From Patescibacteria group bacterium (GTDB lineage Bacteria; Patescibacteriota; Minisyncoccia; UBA6257; UBA11618), in contig DPNX01000002.1 of the NCBI GenBank assembly GCA_003539915.1, positions 1 to 35,457 of the forward strand: 35,457 nt of DNA, written 5' to 3'. Positions 1 through 9,614 of the stretch are shown here, piece by piece. A program made the position numbers and the translations under genes. The first letter of the stretch is position 1; each line of letters starts with the position of its first letter. The notes beneath the pieces are model-generated. The model searched no databases. It was not told where the DNA came from and was given only the letters and a program-made list of their open reading frames with translations.

Positions 1-690
1 CCTTATCAAGTATTTGGTGGTATTCGTTTTTATGAAAGGAAAGAGGTTAAGGATTTATTAGCTGGTTTACGTTTCGCTTTCAATCCTAACGATGAGGTTA
101 GCTTTGAAAGATTGCAAAAAACTTTTGGCAAGAGACGTAGTAGGGTTTTGATCGAGAATCTACCTCGCTTAGCAAATGAACTTACCCTTACTCAATTAAT
201 TGATTCTTTTCTTAACAACTCTAACTACATCAACTATCTAGAAAGTCATTATAAGAACTACAAGGATCGGATTGAGAATGTTCAGGAGTTGGTTAACTTT
301 GCCTCTTCTTTTGAGGGCCAAGGCTTAGCTGCTTTTTTGGAGGCGGTAAGCTTAGTACAGAGCCAGGATAAGCCTGAGGGGATGAATGGTGTTAAGCTAA
401 TGACTATTCACTTATCAAAAGGACTTGAGTTTAATAATGTTTTTGTCTGTGGTTGTAGTGAGGGGTTATTACCTCATGAGAGATCTATCGGCTCTCCTGA
501 AGAATTGGAGGAGGAAAGACGGTTAATGTACGTTGCTATGACCAGGGCAAGAAAGAACTTATTCCTTACTTTAAACAGCATTCCTTCAAGATTCTTATAT
601 GAGCTACCGGAAGAATTACTTACCTTCAAAGGTCTGGGTCAGGAGAAAAGCTCTTTACCTGACGAGGATGAGATGTATATTGAATATTAG
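1..690 (+). CDS. pcrA: UvrD/PcrA SF1 DNA helicase, C-terminal part (5' end outside window)
   Basis: Frame is open from base 1 (PYQVFGGIRFYERKEVKDLLA); motifs VKLMTIHLSKGLEF and EEERRLMYVAMTRA. Confidence 0.95.
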   Translation, partial: PYQVFGGIRFYERKEVKDLLAGLRFAFNPNDEVSFERLQKTFGKRRSRVLIENLPRLANELTLTQLIDSFLNNSNYINYLESHYKNYKDRIENVQELVNFASSFEGQGLAAFLEAVSLVQSQDKPEGMNGVKLMTIHLSKGLEFNNVFVCGCSEGLLPHERSIGSPEELEEERRLMYVAMTRARKNLFLTLNSIPSRFLYELPEELLTFKGLGQEKSSLPDEDEMYIEY

Positions 691-693
691 GAT

Positions 694-1455
694 ATGGGAA
701 GAAGATTAGGACAACATTTTTTAAAAGATCAGAATATTCTGAAAAAAATAGCTGGCGCTCTAGAAATACAGAGTGGTGATTTTATTATTGAAGTTGGTCC
801 TGGTAGGGGGTCTTTAACTGAGTTATTGATGGCGGCTCCTGTGGGAAGGGTAATAGCAATTGAGAAAGATAAGAAATTAGCTCTCGATCTGAAGTTAAAA
901 AATAGAAATGATGTGGTCTTAGAGGTGATTGAAGATGATGTGTTGAAAGTGCTATCAACTATAACTAATAAATTAAATAGGGAATATAAGCTGATAGGTA
1001 ATATTCCTTATTACATTACCGGTCATCTATTAAGAATAGTCTCTGAGTTAGATAATAAACCCTCTTTAACAGTCTTTACCATGCAAAAAGAGGTGGCTAA
1101 GAGATTGTCCGCTAAACCACCAGCTATGAACCTGTTGGCTGCGAGTGTTCAATACTGGGCTGATCCCAAAATTGTTGCCTCTATTCCTCCTGGAAGCTTT
1201 ATTCCTCCCCCTAAAGTTGATTCAGCCATTATTAGCTTAAAAACAAAGAAGGTAAAAAATAGTGAGGATTATTATAAATTCATTAAAATTCTCTTTAAGC
1301 AACCTAGAAAAACTATCTTGAATAATCTTTCTGAGGGATTGGAAATGGAAAAAGGTACTATAAAAGAAAAATTAGCTGATTTAGATATAAAAGAGAGAAG
1401 TAGGCCTCAAAATTTGGATCTAGAAACAATTAAAAAAATATCTAAGTTGTTTTAA
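694..1455 (+). CDS. rsmA: 16S rRNA adenine dimethyltransferase RsmA/KsgA
   Basis: LGQHFL, IEVGPGRG, GNIPYYIT, F.PPPKVDSA motifs. Confidence 0.96.
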   Translation: MGRRLGQHFLKDQNILKKIAGALEIQSGDFIIEVGPGRGSLTELLMAAPVGRVIAIEKDKKLALDLKLKNRNDVVLEVIEDDVLKVLSTITNKLNREYKLIGNIPYYITGHLLRIVSELDNKPSLTVFTMQKEVAKRLSAKPPAMNLLAASVQYWADPKIVASIPPGSFIPPPKVDSAIISLKTKKVKNSEDYYKFIKILFKQPRKTILNNLSEGLEMEKGTIKEKLADLDIKERSRPQNLDLETIKKISKLF

Positions 1456-1482
1456 GGGGGTGGATAACTCCCTTAATTTTTT
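1452..1482 (+). terminator. Intrinsic terminator after rsmA
   Basis: TTAAGGGGGT-ggata-ACTCCCTTAA 10-bp stem (one G-U) followed by TTTTTT. Confidence 0.65.
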
Positions 1483-1499
1483 AGTTTGCTGATTAAGGG

Positions 1500-1505
1500 T
1501 ATAAT
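1500..1505 (+). promoter_or_regulatory. -10 element for the T4SS-like cluster
   Basis: Perfect TATAAT 6 nt upstream of ATG 1512; no clear -35. Confidence 0.55.
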
Positions 1506-1511
1506 TATTAC

Positions 1512-2294
1512 ATGAGATCCGTCCGTAAATTCGGTTTGTTTTTGCTTATGGGCCTGTTTGCTTTGGTTGGATTAGTATTCTTTGGTAATTCATTAGAGAC
1601 TCAGACCCCTCAAGTACTGTCTCCAAAAAAAGTGGCTGTGAAGCCAGGCGCTTCAAACAACTTAAATGGAGAGATTGTTATTAATAATCTTCAGGCCGAG
1701 CCTATTATGGATGAGACCACTAAACGCCTAGGGGATCAGATTGCCCAACACATCAAGAGCTTGAATAACGACGGCTTGGTAAGTATTGATGATAAAAAAT
1801 ATGCTAAAGCTCTTAACCCAGAGAATATAGCTAACTCAATCATTAGTGAGGAGCTGGAAAAAATTAATAATATTGATCTTGGTTTCAATGATATTAAATT
1901 AGCAAAAATTAATATTGATTATCGAAATGATAAAAAAATACTGGCTGATTATTTCACCTCTTTCCAAAAAGTAATAAATAAGAACTTTGCTACACAGAAG
2001 ATAGATTGGGAAGAGTTTAATAAGAATAATTTTGATGAGATTATTTCTGCTTATGATAAAGCTATAGCCGAATTTTATAAATTAAAAGTTCCTGCCTTAG
2101 CTCTTAATATACACAAACAACAAATCTCTCTAATGATTCAACAAAAAATAGTCATGACTAAGTTGAAAGATGTTGATAGCAATCCTTTAGAGGCTTTAGC
2201 AGCTTTAAAATACAACCCCTCAATAGACGCAGGGTTTAAGGAGGTGACTAGTAAAGTTCTAAATCTATTAAAGATTAATCAGATAAGTATTTAA
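1512..2294 (+). CDS. Hypothetical protein, N-terminal membrane anchor, helical extracytoplasmic domain
   Basis: 260-aa ORF; basic N-terminus plus hydrophobic stretch; stop overlaps next start (TAATG). Confidence 0.75.
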   Translation: MRSVRKFGLFLLMGLFALVGLVFFGNSLETQTPQVLSPKKVAVKPGASNNLNGEIVINNLQAEPIMDETTKRLGDQIAQHIKSLNNDGLVSIDDKKYAKALNPENIANSIISEELEKINNIDLGFNDIKLAKINIDYRNDKKILADYFTSFQKVINKNFATQKIDWEEFNKNNFDEIISAYDKAIAEFYKLKVPALALNIHKQQISLMIQQKIVMTKLKDVDSNPLEALAALKYNPSIDAGFKEVTSKVLNLLKINQISI

Positions 2295-3688
2295 TGAATA
2301 TTAGAAATAAAATTTTAGTTGGAATTCTTGGACTCAGTCTGATTTTGATACCTGTTCAGAGAGCTCAAGCTCTTTTTGGAGTTGGCGATATTGTTTTTGA
2401 AACTAATCCAGCTCTAATTTCTAATGCTGTAGGTGAGACTTTCCTTAGAGATGTTCTTAAGGTGGCAGTTAGTTCTCTTAAGAGAAGGTTATTATCAATG
2501 GTTACTGATCAGATAGTTAACTGGGTTGAAGGAGGGGGTAAGCCTCTATTTGTTACTGACTGGAAAGGCTTCTTATCTGATGCGGCTAATATTGCAGCAG
2601 GTGACTTTGCGTTAGAGCTAGGATTAGAAGAGCTCTGCTCTCCTTTCGGCCTCCAAGTTCAGTTAAGTATTCTTACCCCGCCAAGATTTACTGATTACGT
2701 TTCTTGCACACTAGATGATATCGTTGGTAATATTGAAAACTTTTATGAGGACTTCCGTAACGGTGGTTGGTTTGCCTACTCAGAAATGTGGCTACCTCAA
2801 AACAACTATTATGGTGCTGTCTTTATGGCTATGAATGAAAGAGATGTTCGAATTGCTGAAGAAGCTCAAGCTAGCATTCTAGAAGCTGTTTCTGGTAATG
2901 GTTTCTTGGGCACTAGGAAGTGTGATCCTTCTGGTAGGTTCTGTACTATTACCACTCCAGGAGCTCAAGTTGGTGCTTTAGTTGCAAAAGCTGTTGGCTC
3001 TGACATTGACTACTTGATTGAAGCTGACGATCTAGCTGTTTATGTGGGAGCGATAGCGGACGCCCTGATTAACAGGTTGGTCCGATCTGGTGCTGAAGGA
3101 TTAATTAGCTTAACTACTCCTGACAAACCATCTAATGGTTACTTTAGCGGCTCTGGTCCATGTTCTGGATTAAGAGGTGGTGACTTAACCAACTGCTTAT
3201 CAATAATTAAAGCTAGTGAAAAGACTTACGAGGATAATAAAAAATTATTCCTCACTCAAATTGATGCCACTCTACTACCAAGGCAAACTGGTGGAACAAT
3301 ATTAGCTTCCTTAGTAGAAGGTCAGTCTATATTAGTTCGAACGATAACTAACCTGAGAGATTGTCAGGCTGTCAAAAACTTACCAGAAACTATCTCTACA
3401 GAAACTAATCTTCAAAATGAGCAAGATTCTCTAAACCAATTAAATGGAGAGCTTTTGGCTAATAGGAGAATAACCGAGGCCTTGGAGAGTGCTAAGCTTA
3501 ATATTCAAAACCCTAGCTATCCAGACACACCAACTATCGCTTACCACTACAACAATATTGTTGGTTTATTAGATGAGGATGCAGCCCAATCATTCCAAAC
3601 CACCAAAGAAGCTAACAAAGAACAGCTGCAAAATGAAATTACTGGTAAGATATCAAATGCTCAACAGCAATTAGAAGCTTGTGAATAA
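2294..3688 (+). CDS. Exported hypothetical protein of the T4SS-like cluster (Cys pairs, C-terminal coiled coil; possibly VirB5/TrbJ-like)
   Basis: Signal peptide ending AQA, then LFGVGDIVFETNP; 8 Cys; directly upstream of the VirB6-like gene. Family label is inference. Confidence 0.6.
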   Translation: MNIRNKILVGILGLSLILIPVQRAQALFGVGDIVFETNPALISNAVGETFLRDVLKVAVSSLKRRLLSMVTDQIVNWVEGGGKPLFVTDWKGFLSDAANIAAGDFALELGLEELCSPFGLQVQLSILTPPRFTDYVSCTLDDIVGNIENFYEDFRNGGWFAYSEMWLPQNNYYGAVFMAMNERDVRIAEEAQASILEAVSGNGFLGTRKCDPSGRFCTITTPGAQVGALVAKAVGSDIDYLIEADDLAVYVGAIADALINRLVRSGAEGLISLTTPDKPSNGYFSGSGPCSGLRGGDLTNCLSIIKASEKTYEDNKKLFLTQIDATLLPRQTGGTILASLVEGQSILVRTITNLRDCQAVKNLPETISTETNLQNEQDSLNQLNGELLANRRITEALESAKLNIQNPSYPDTPTIAYHYNNIVGLLDEDAAQSFQTTKEANKEQLQNEITGKISNAQQQLEACE

Positions 3689-3690
3689 TT

Positions 3691-5553
3691 ATGATATTTA
3701 AAAGACATAAAATATTACTATTACTTCTACTCTTGGTAATTTTAATGCCTAGCTTAGCTCAAGCAGATGTCTTTTCAGGTGCTGCTCTCAGCACAATAGC
3801 ATTTGCCGATGACATAATGGCAAAGGTGTTGTTCGCTGCTGTCTATCTTATTGGTTATTTAGCGGGAATTATCTTTATGATAGCTGGATTTTTACTTCAA
3901 GTAGGTCTGGAATTAAATGCTAATCTAATAAACAGCCCTCTAGTACAAGTTGGATGGCAGATATCTCGTGACTTTGCTAACTTATTATTAGTAGTAGCTA
4001 TAATAACTACTGCTCTCGGAACTATTATAAGGTGGAGAGGTTATACGTACAAGGAGATCTTACCTAGTATTATAGTCGTCGCTCTTCTAATCAACTTTAG
4101 CTTATCAATCGCTGGTATATTTATTGATGCCACTGGTGTAGTTAGTAATTTCTTTGTGGCAAAAGCAACTCCAAACGCTAGTCATGGGGACTTTATTCAA
4201 TTTTCCAGCTCTCTTGCACATGCCTTAGGATTACAAGAGGCTATGAAAACCGACCATCTTAAGGAGGACGAGTTTACAGAGAGTGCCACCTTTAAATTTG
4301 GCAAAGCTTCACTTCAATTATTAGCAGCACTGTTTTTTGTTGTTGCTTTCACCGTCTTAGGAGGGGGTACCATGATGATATTGGCCTTTTCAGTCGTAAT
4401 ACGTTATATAGCCCTGTCCTTGTTGTTAATAATGCTGCCCCTAGCCTTAATTTCTAGTACAATTCCTAAATTTAAAAAGAATTGGGAGGAGTGGCAAGGG
4501 AAGTTTATCGAGTATCTAACTTTTCTGCCAGTTTCATTATTCTTTATTTACTTAACTATTATCTTCTTGACCAATTTCAAAGATGATCCTAATGGCATCT
4601 TTAGTACTATCACCAGTAGTCAGAGTAGTGTTGCTGATTTTATTGCTAACATTGCCGAAACAGCAGCTCGACTATCTATTGTTATTGGCTTGTTGCTAGG
4701 TAATCTGATTATTTCAAAAAAAATAAGTAGTAGTGCAAAAGATATGGTGGCTAACGGTTCATTTGCTCTTTATAACAAGTTTAGGCGTGGTAGCAGGAAG
4801 GTTGGCATGCTACCTTTTCGTGGTGCTAGGGCTGGTGCTAGAGGTATTGGTAAGAGAATACCCGCTACAGATATAAGGGGTAAGGCTGTCGGAGCTATTT
4901 CTAGACTCACCTCTAGAATACCTGTTATTGGAGGAGTTCTCAGCAGCTATAGAGCTAATAGATCAGCTCAAAATGAAGAATTGCGTGCAGAGCAAGTTAA
5001 TGATTATCAAAAGAGTAAATTAAAGAATCTTTCTAATAATGAATTATTTGGCTATTCAGAGCTTGGCTCTGTTGCTAAGGCAGCTAAGTTAAACGAGCTA
5101 TCTAAGAGAGGTAAGTTGGATGAATATCTTAGTAAGAGTAAAGACTCAGAAGCTGCCCTCAAGCCATTTATTGATGCAGCTAAGAAGATGGGTACTCAGA
5201 AGGATCTACTTAAAACTCGCCCTGACCTAGCTGGTAGCTTTGCTGAAGTAGGTGATGATGTAGCTGAGGCAATTGAGAAAGCGGTTGGTAAGATCTCTCC
5301 TAAAGACTCTTTGGAAATAGCGACTTCTGCGCTGAAGAAGGTTGAAGTGGCTATGTCTTTAAAGATGAATCAATTAAAAGAAATTGCTCGAAGTGCTACA
5401 CCTGAGAAGAAGCAAGTTCTTCAAAATGCTGTAAGAATTCATTTAGATCCTCTCATACTAAAAGATACTTCAGCAATGAGTGGTGTAGAAAAACAAATAT
5501 TTGAAAAGCTCAGTAAAATTGATGCGTTTATGGAAGGTCCAGCTTGGAGTTAA
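3691..5553 (+). CDS. VirB6/TrbL-like polytopic membrane protein with C-terminal soluble domain
   Basis: Multiple hydrophobic helices; GW..RDFAN, ALLINFSL and RYIALSLLLIMLPLAL..W..W patterns; PrgI/VirB4 context. Confidence 0.7.
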   Translation: MIFKRHKILLLLLLLVILMPSLAQADVFSGAALSTIAFADDIMAKVLFAAVYLIGYLAGIIFMIAGFLLQVGLELNANLINSPLVQVGWQISRDFANLLLVVAIITTALGTIIRWRGYTYKEILPSIIVVALLINFSLSIAGIFIDATGVVSNFFVAKATPNASHGDFIQFSSSLAHALGLQEAMKTDHLKEDEFTESATFKFGKASLQLLAALFFVVAFTVLGGGTMMILAFSVVIRYIALSLLLIMLPLALISSTIPKFKKNWEEWQGKFIEYLTFLPVSLFFIYLTIIFLTNFKDDPNGIFSTITSSQSSVADFIANIAETAARLSIVIGLLLGNLIISKKISSSAKDMVANGSFALYNKFRRGSRKVGMLPFRGARAGARGIGKRIPATDIRGKAVGAISRLTSRIPVIGGVLSSYRANRSAQNEELRAEQVNDYQKSKLKNLSNNELFGYSELGSVAKAAKLNELSKRGKLDEYLSKSKDSEAALKPFIDAAKKMGTQKDLLKTRPDLAGSFAEVGDDVAEAIEKAVGKISPKDSLEIATSALKKVEVAMSLKMNQLKEIARSATPEKKQVLQNAVRIHLDPLILKDTSAMSGVEKQIFEKLSKIDAFMEGPAWS

Positions 5554-5571
5554 TATTAAAATTAATAAACC

Positions 5572-6360
5572 ATGGTCACAATAACATTACAAAACGCTTT
5601 CGCCTCATTATCCGATAAAACCAGGGACTGGCTTACTTCCGAAGAGATAGTGAATAAGATAACCTCTCTTAATGATGGGTTAGGATTAAAATCTGATCGA
5701 CGTCGAATAATATCTAAATTAATTCTTCGAGTAGCTGTCCAGGATTTAGATCCTCGAGACTTTGCTAATGAGCTAGGATCTCAATTAAAAATCAATTATG
5801 AGGCAGCAAAAGAAATAACTCAAAAAGTTCATGCTGATTGCTTGCAACCAATCGAAGCAGAATTAAAGAAAATTAATGTTGATGTTCATGAGATGATTGA
5901 ATACTCTACAGCTCCACCTGAACAACTATCAGCCTATCCTGACAAGCCAGCGCCGGTAATGGAATATTCTAAGCCTGCTAAGCTAGGTTCCAAACCTCTT
6001 AAAGTTGAGGCTACTAGTAAGCTGTCAACCACAGCTCCTGATAACCTGCCTTTAGCAAAACAAAAAATGAAACCAGTTTCCCCTGCCCAACCTTTTGTAT
6101 TACACAAAGAAACGGGTGATATTAAACCAGTAGAAGAGGGGGGTAAGACTTCTTTCAAATACAAAGAGTCTGTTAGAGAAAGAGCTGTTAAGGAACCTCC
6201 CGTTAAAGTTAAAATAGAAAGTCCTCAGAGTGGTAATAACTTAGAGTTTCAGAGAATAGTACATTATAGTAACTTCTTTACCCCTTTTAACACTCCTCAA
6301 ACACCCCCAACCAAGGGAGAGGTTAAAGTTAAAGTACCAGATTCTAAATGGTTTAGTTAA
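5572..6360 (+). CDS. Hypothetical cytoplasmic protein: helical N-terminal domain plus Pro/Lys-rich low-complexity tail
   Basis: 262-aa ORF in operon context. Confidence 0.7.
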   Translation: MVTITLQNAFASLSDKTRDWLTSEEIVNKITSLNDGLGLKSDRRRIISKLILRVAVQDLDPRDFANELGSQLKINYEAAKEITQKVHADCLQPIEAELKKINVDVHEMIEYSTAPPEQLSAYPDKPAPVMEYSKPAKLGSKPLKVEATSKLSTTAPDNLPLAKQKMKPVSPAQPFVLHKETGDIKPVEEGGKTSFKYKESVRERAVKEPPVKVKIESPQSGNNLEFQRIVHYSNFFTPFNTPQTPPTKGEVKVKVPDSKWFS

Positions 6361-6361
6361 T

Positions 6362-6832
6362 ATGCATTTTCAAGTTCCTCAATTTATTGATGTAGAAGAT
6401 AAAATAGTTGGTCCTTTAACTATTAAGCAGTTTTTGTATGTTGCGGCTGGATTCTTAACTATTTTCTTTAGCTTCTTTATTTTTCACTTTTATTTTTGGT
6501 TAATATCTACTGTCTTTATTGTAGTAATAAGTGGTGCTTTCGCTTTTATTAAGTATAATGGCAGATCGTTCTTAGTCCTTATAACATCAGTAATCAATTA
6601 TTACTGGCGTCCTCGTATCTACATCTGGAAAAAAAGGGGTGGTAAACAGGTTAAAAAGAGAGGATTATCAAATCTAAAGTTAAAATTAGATACCTCAAGG
6701 AAGCCTATTAAAGGAGAGAAGTCTTTTATGCTTCCTTTCTTGCAAAGAATAAAGAAGATGAAGGATGAGTATGAGGTTTTTAGAAAATCTACGGGTGAAA
6801 GAGAGGTGGCTCGTAGAGTTGATTATAGATAA
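6362..6832 (+). CDS. prgI: PrgI family (VirB3-like) membrane protein
   Basis: VPQFIDVEDKIVGPLTIKQF signature followed by two TM helices and RPRIYIW. Confidence 0.88.
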   Translation: MHFQVPQFIDVEDKIVGPLTIKQFLYVAAGFLTIFFSFFIFHFYFWLISTVFIVVISGAFAFIKYNGRSFLVLITSVINYYWRPRIYIWKKRGGKQVKKRGLSNLKLKLDTSRKPIKGEKSFMLPFLQRIKKMKDEYEVFRKSTGEREVARRVDYR

Positions 6833-6846
6833 GTTATAATAAAGCG

Positions 6847-7518
6847 ATGCCAAAACAAAAATCCCTAGCAACACAAGAAATTATTGATATTGATCGCATT
6901 GAAGATGATGTGATTGTTTTGAAAGGTGGTAGTTTTAGAAAAATATTATTAGTTTCAGGAATTAACTTTGATCTTAAATCTGAAGAAGAGAAGAACTTGA
7001 TCATCTTCAGTTACCAGGAGTTTTTAAACTCTCTAAGCTTTTCTATTCAAGAGATAATTCATTCTCGAAAGATTAATATTGAGGGTTATTTGAGTCATTT
7101 AAAAAATCTCCATCAAAAAGAACCTACTAGCTTGTTAAAAAATTTAATTACTGACTATAAAGATTTTGTTAAAGAGTTTGTAGAAAGAAATCCTATTATG
7201 TCTAAGACTTTTTTTATTGTAGTGCCTTATGACCCTATTAATATTCCTAAGATAGGTAAAAGAGTAACTAGAGGTTTGTTTGGATTATTTAAAAAGAAGA
7301 AAGGAGTGGTTGAAGAAAAAACTGAAGATGGTCAGTTTTTAGAAAATAAGCGGCAGCTGGATTTGAGAGTGGATCAAGTAACAGCAGGACTAAATAGGGT
7401 TGGCTTGAGAGCTGTTCCTTTATCAGAAGATGAGGCTATTGAATTATTTTATAATTTTTATAATCCAGCATTAGTAGAAAAGAAAGGTGTTATTAAAAGA
7501 GATAAAAATGAAGAATGA
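6847..7518 (+). CDS. VirB4-associated protein (resembles the N-terminal part of VirB4/TraE)
   Basis: INFDLKSEEEK..I..YQEFLNSL.FSIQ, FFIVVPY, ELFYNFYNP; between prgI and virB4; TATAAT at 6835-6840. Confidence 0.7.
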   Translation: MPKQKSLATQEIIDIDRIEDDVIVLKGGSFRKILLVSGINFDLKSEEEKNLIIFSYQEFLNSLSFSIQEIIHSRKINIEGYLSHLKNLHQKEPTSLLKNLITDYKDFVKEFVERNPIMSKTFFIVVPYDPINIPKIGKRVTRGLFGLFKKKKGVVEEKTEDGQFLENKRQLDLRVDQVTAGLNRVGLRAVPLSEDEAIELFYNFYNPALVEKKGVIKRDKNEE

Positions 7519-9205
7519 AATTAAAAACATAATAGCGCCAGCTGCTCTAGAGGTTAGCCCTAGCTATTTAAAGTTGGGTGATAAGTATACTAAAACTATA
7601 TTTATCACATCCTATCCTCGTTACTTAGCCACCGGCTGGTTCTCATCAATCATTAATGCTCCTGAATTAATGGATGTATCTATTTTTGTTCATCCGGTAG
7701 ATACCGCAATTGCTTTGAAAAGTTTAAGGCGGAAAACTGCTCAAATAGAATCGCAGATAATAGAAAAAAGTGAGAAGGGGGTTGTTCGAAGTCCTAAATT
7801 AGAAACCGCTCTTCAAGACATTGAGTCTTTAAGAGATTCCTTGCAACAAGCGACTGAGCATCTATTTAATGTTTCTGTTTATATAACTATTTATGCTGAT
7901 AGTGTTAATGAATTAAAAAGATTAGAGGGTAAGATCAATCACTTATTAGAAAGTCGTCTAGTTTATAGCAAGCCAGCCACCTTTCAACAGATAGAGGCCT
8001 TTAACACCACCCTGCCAATAGGAAAAGACTCTTTAATGATCACGTCTCCTTTCAACTCTTCACCAGCCTCTTCGTTTTTTCCTTTTGTTTCTGCCACATT
8101 AACTTCTGATAGCGGTGTACTACAGGGTATTAATCTTAGTAACAATACTTTGGTTATTTTCGACCGCTTTTCTCTAGAAAATGCTAACCAGGTCATCTTT
8201 GCCACCTCTGGTTCTGGTAAATCATATGCTGCTAAATTAGAAGCTTTGAGATTATTAATGACTGGAACCGATGTCCTGATTATCGATCCAGAAAATGAGT
8301 ATAAGAATCTAGCAAAAGCAGTTGGAGGGAGTTTCTTTAATATCTCTCTAGCATCAAAAGATCATATTAACCCTTTTGATTTACCAATTATTCCTAAGGA
8401 TAGTGATCCAACAGATACTCTAAAATCACATATAGTTAACTTAGCTGGTTTATTAAAAATAATGCTAGGGGAGATGACTCCTGAGGAAGAGGCTCTCTTG
8501 GATAGGGCTATATCAGAAACCTATGCCTCTAGAGACATAGCTCCAGGAAAAGACTTTTCTAAAGCTCAACCACCATTATTATCCGACTTAGAAACTGTTC
8601 TTAATAGCTTGACTGGTGGTCAGTCATTAGCCCAACGCCTATATAGATATACCCAAGGTAGTTATGCTGGCTTTATCAACCAACCAACCAACATTAATAT
8701 ACGGAATAGATTGGTTGTCTTCTCTATTAGAGATCTTGAGGAGGAGTTGAGACCTATAGCGATGTATATGATCGTTAACTTCATCTGGAGCCTAATTAAA
8801 AGTGAGTTGAAGCAACGAGTGATGATAGTTGATGAGGCTTGGTGGATGATGAAATACCCTGCTGGCGCCTCTTTTATGTTTGGATTGGTTAAGAGAGCTA
8901 GAAAATACTATTTAGGTGTCACTACTATAACTCAAGACGTTGAAGACTTCTTACAATCTCCTTATGGAAGACCGATAATTACAAACTCTGCTTTACAGAT
9001 ATTATTAAAACAGCAACCGGCAATGATTGATTTGCTTGCTAAGACGTTTAACCTGACAGAAAGTGAGAAGAATTTCTTACTAGACGCACCTGTGGGTGAG
9101 GGGCTGTTTTTTGCAGGCTTAAATCATGTCATTATTAAGATAGTAGCTTCTTATCTTGAGGATCAGATCATAACAACAAATCCAAAAGACTTATTAAATG
9201 AGTAA
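7508..9205 (+). CDS. virB4: VirB4/TraE-like T4SS ATPase
   Basis: Walker A ATSGSGKS, IIDPENEY, INPFD, Walker B MIVDEAW, RARKY, ITQDVEDF. ATG 7508 preferred over in-frame 7487. Confidence 0.92.
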   Translation: MKNEIKNIIAPAALEVSPSYLKLGDKYTKTIFITSYPRYLATGWFSSIINAPELMDVSIFVHPVDTAIALKSLRRKTAQIESQIIEKSEKGVVRSPKLETALQDIESLRDSLQQATEHLFNVSVYITIYADSVNELKRLEGKINHLLESRLVYSKPATFQQIEAFNTTLPIGKDSLMITSPFNSSPASSFFPFVSATLTSDSGVLQGINLSNNTLVIFDRFSLENANQVIFATSGSGKSYAAKLEALRLLMTGTDVLIIDPENEYKNLAKAVGGSFFNISLASKDHINPFDLPIIPKDSDPTDTLKSHIVNLAGLLKIMLGEMTPEEEALLDRAISETYASRDIAPGKDFSKAQPPLLSDLETVLNSLTGGQSLAQRLYRYTQGSYAGFINQPTNINIRNRLVVFSIRDLEEELRPIAMYMIVNFIWSLIKSELKQRVMIVDEAWWMMKYPAGASFMFGLVKRARKYYLGVTTITQDVEDFLQSPYGRPIITNSALQILLKQQPAMIDLLAKTFNLTESEKNFLLDAPVGEGLFFAGLNHVIIKIVASYLEDQIITTNPKDLLNE

Positions 9206-9614
9206 GATTGGTTTAATAGAATCTTTTATTCTAGTTAGTTTTGTTGCTATAGCCGAGCTACTAGAATTAATAGTTACTCTTGCTGTTGGACCAGGAGAGG
9301 TGGTGAAGTGGTTTATAAATATTATTGTGTGGCTTCCTGTTCAGTTCTGGTTATTGTTCAGGGGAGCGAGAGGTGATCTGTACGCTTTATCAGTATTAAT
9401 TGAGTTCATTCCTTTTGTAAACGCCTTACCAATAAAAACAGCTTTATTAATTACCACTATCTATATTCACAATCACCCTGAGTCGGCCGCGGCAAAAACT
9501 GTGCATACCGCACAAGAAGTAATGCCTGTTAAAAAGCCCAGGAGGAAGCCTAAACCTAAGATTAAAAAGAAGTCTAAGGTCAGAATGGCTACTAAAGTAA
9601 TTACTAAAATATGA
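9198..9614 (+). CDS. Small membrane protein with basic C-terminal tail
   Basis: Three to four hydrophobic segments, IEFIPFVNALP, Lys/Pro-rich tail; overlaps virB4 stop. Confidence 0.7.
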   Translation: MSKIGLIESFILVSFVAIAELLELIVTLAVGPGEVVKWFINIIVWLPVQFWLLFRGARGDLYALSVLIEFIPFVNALPIKTALLITTIYIHNHPESAAAKTVHTAQEVMPVKKPRRKPKPKIKKKSKVRMATKVITKI

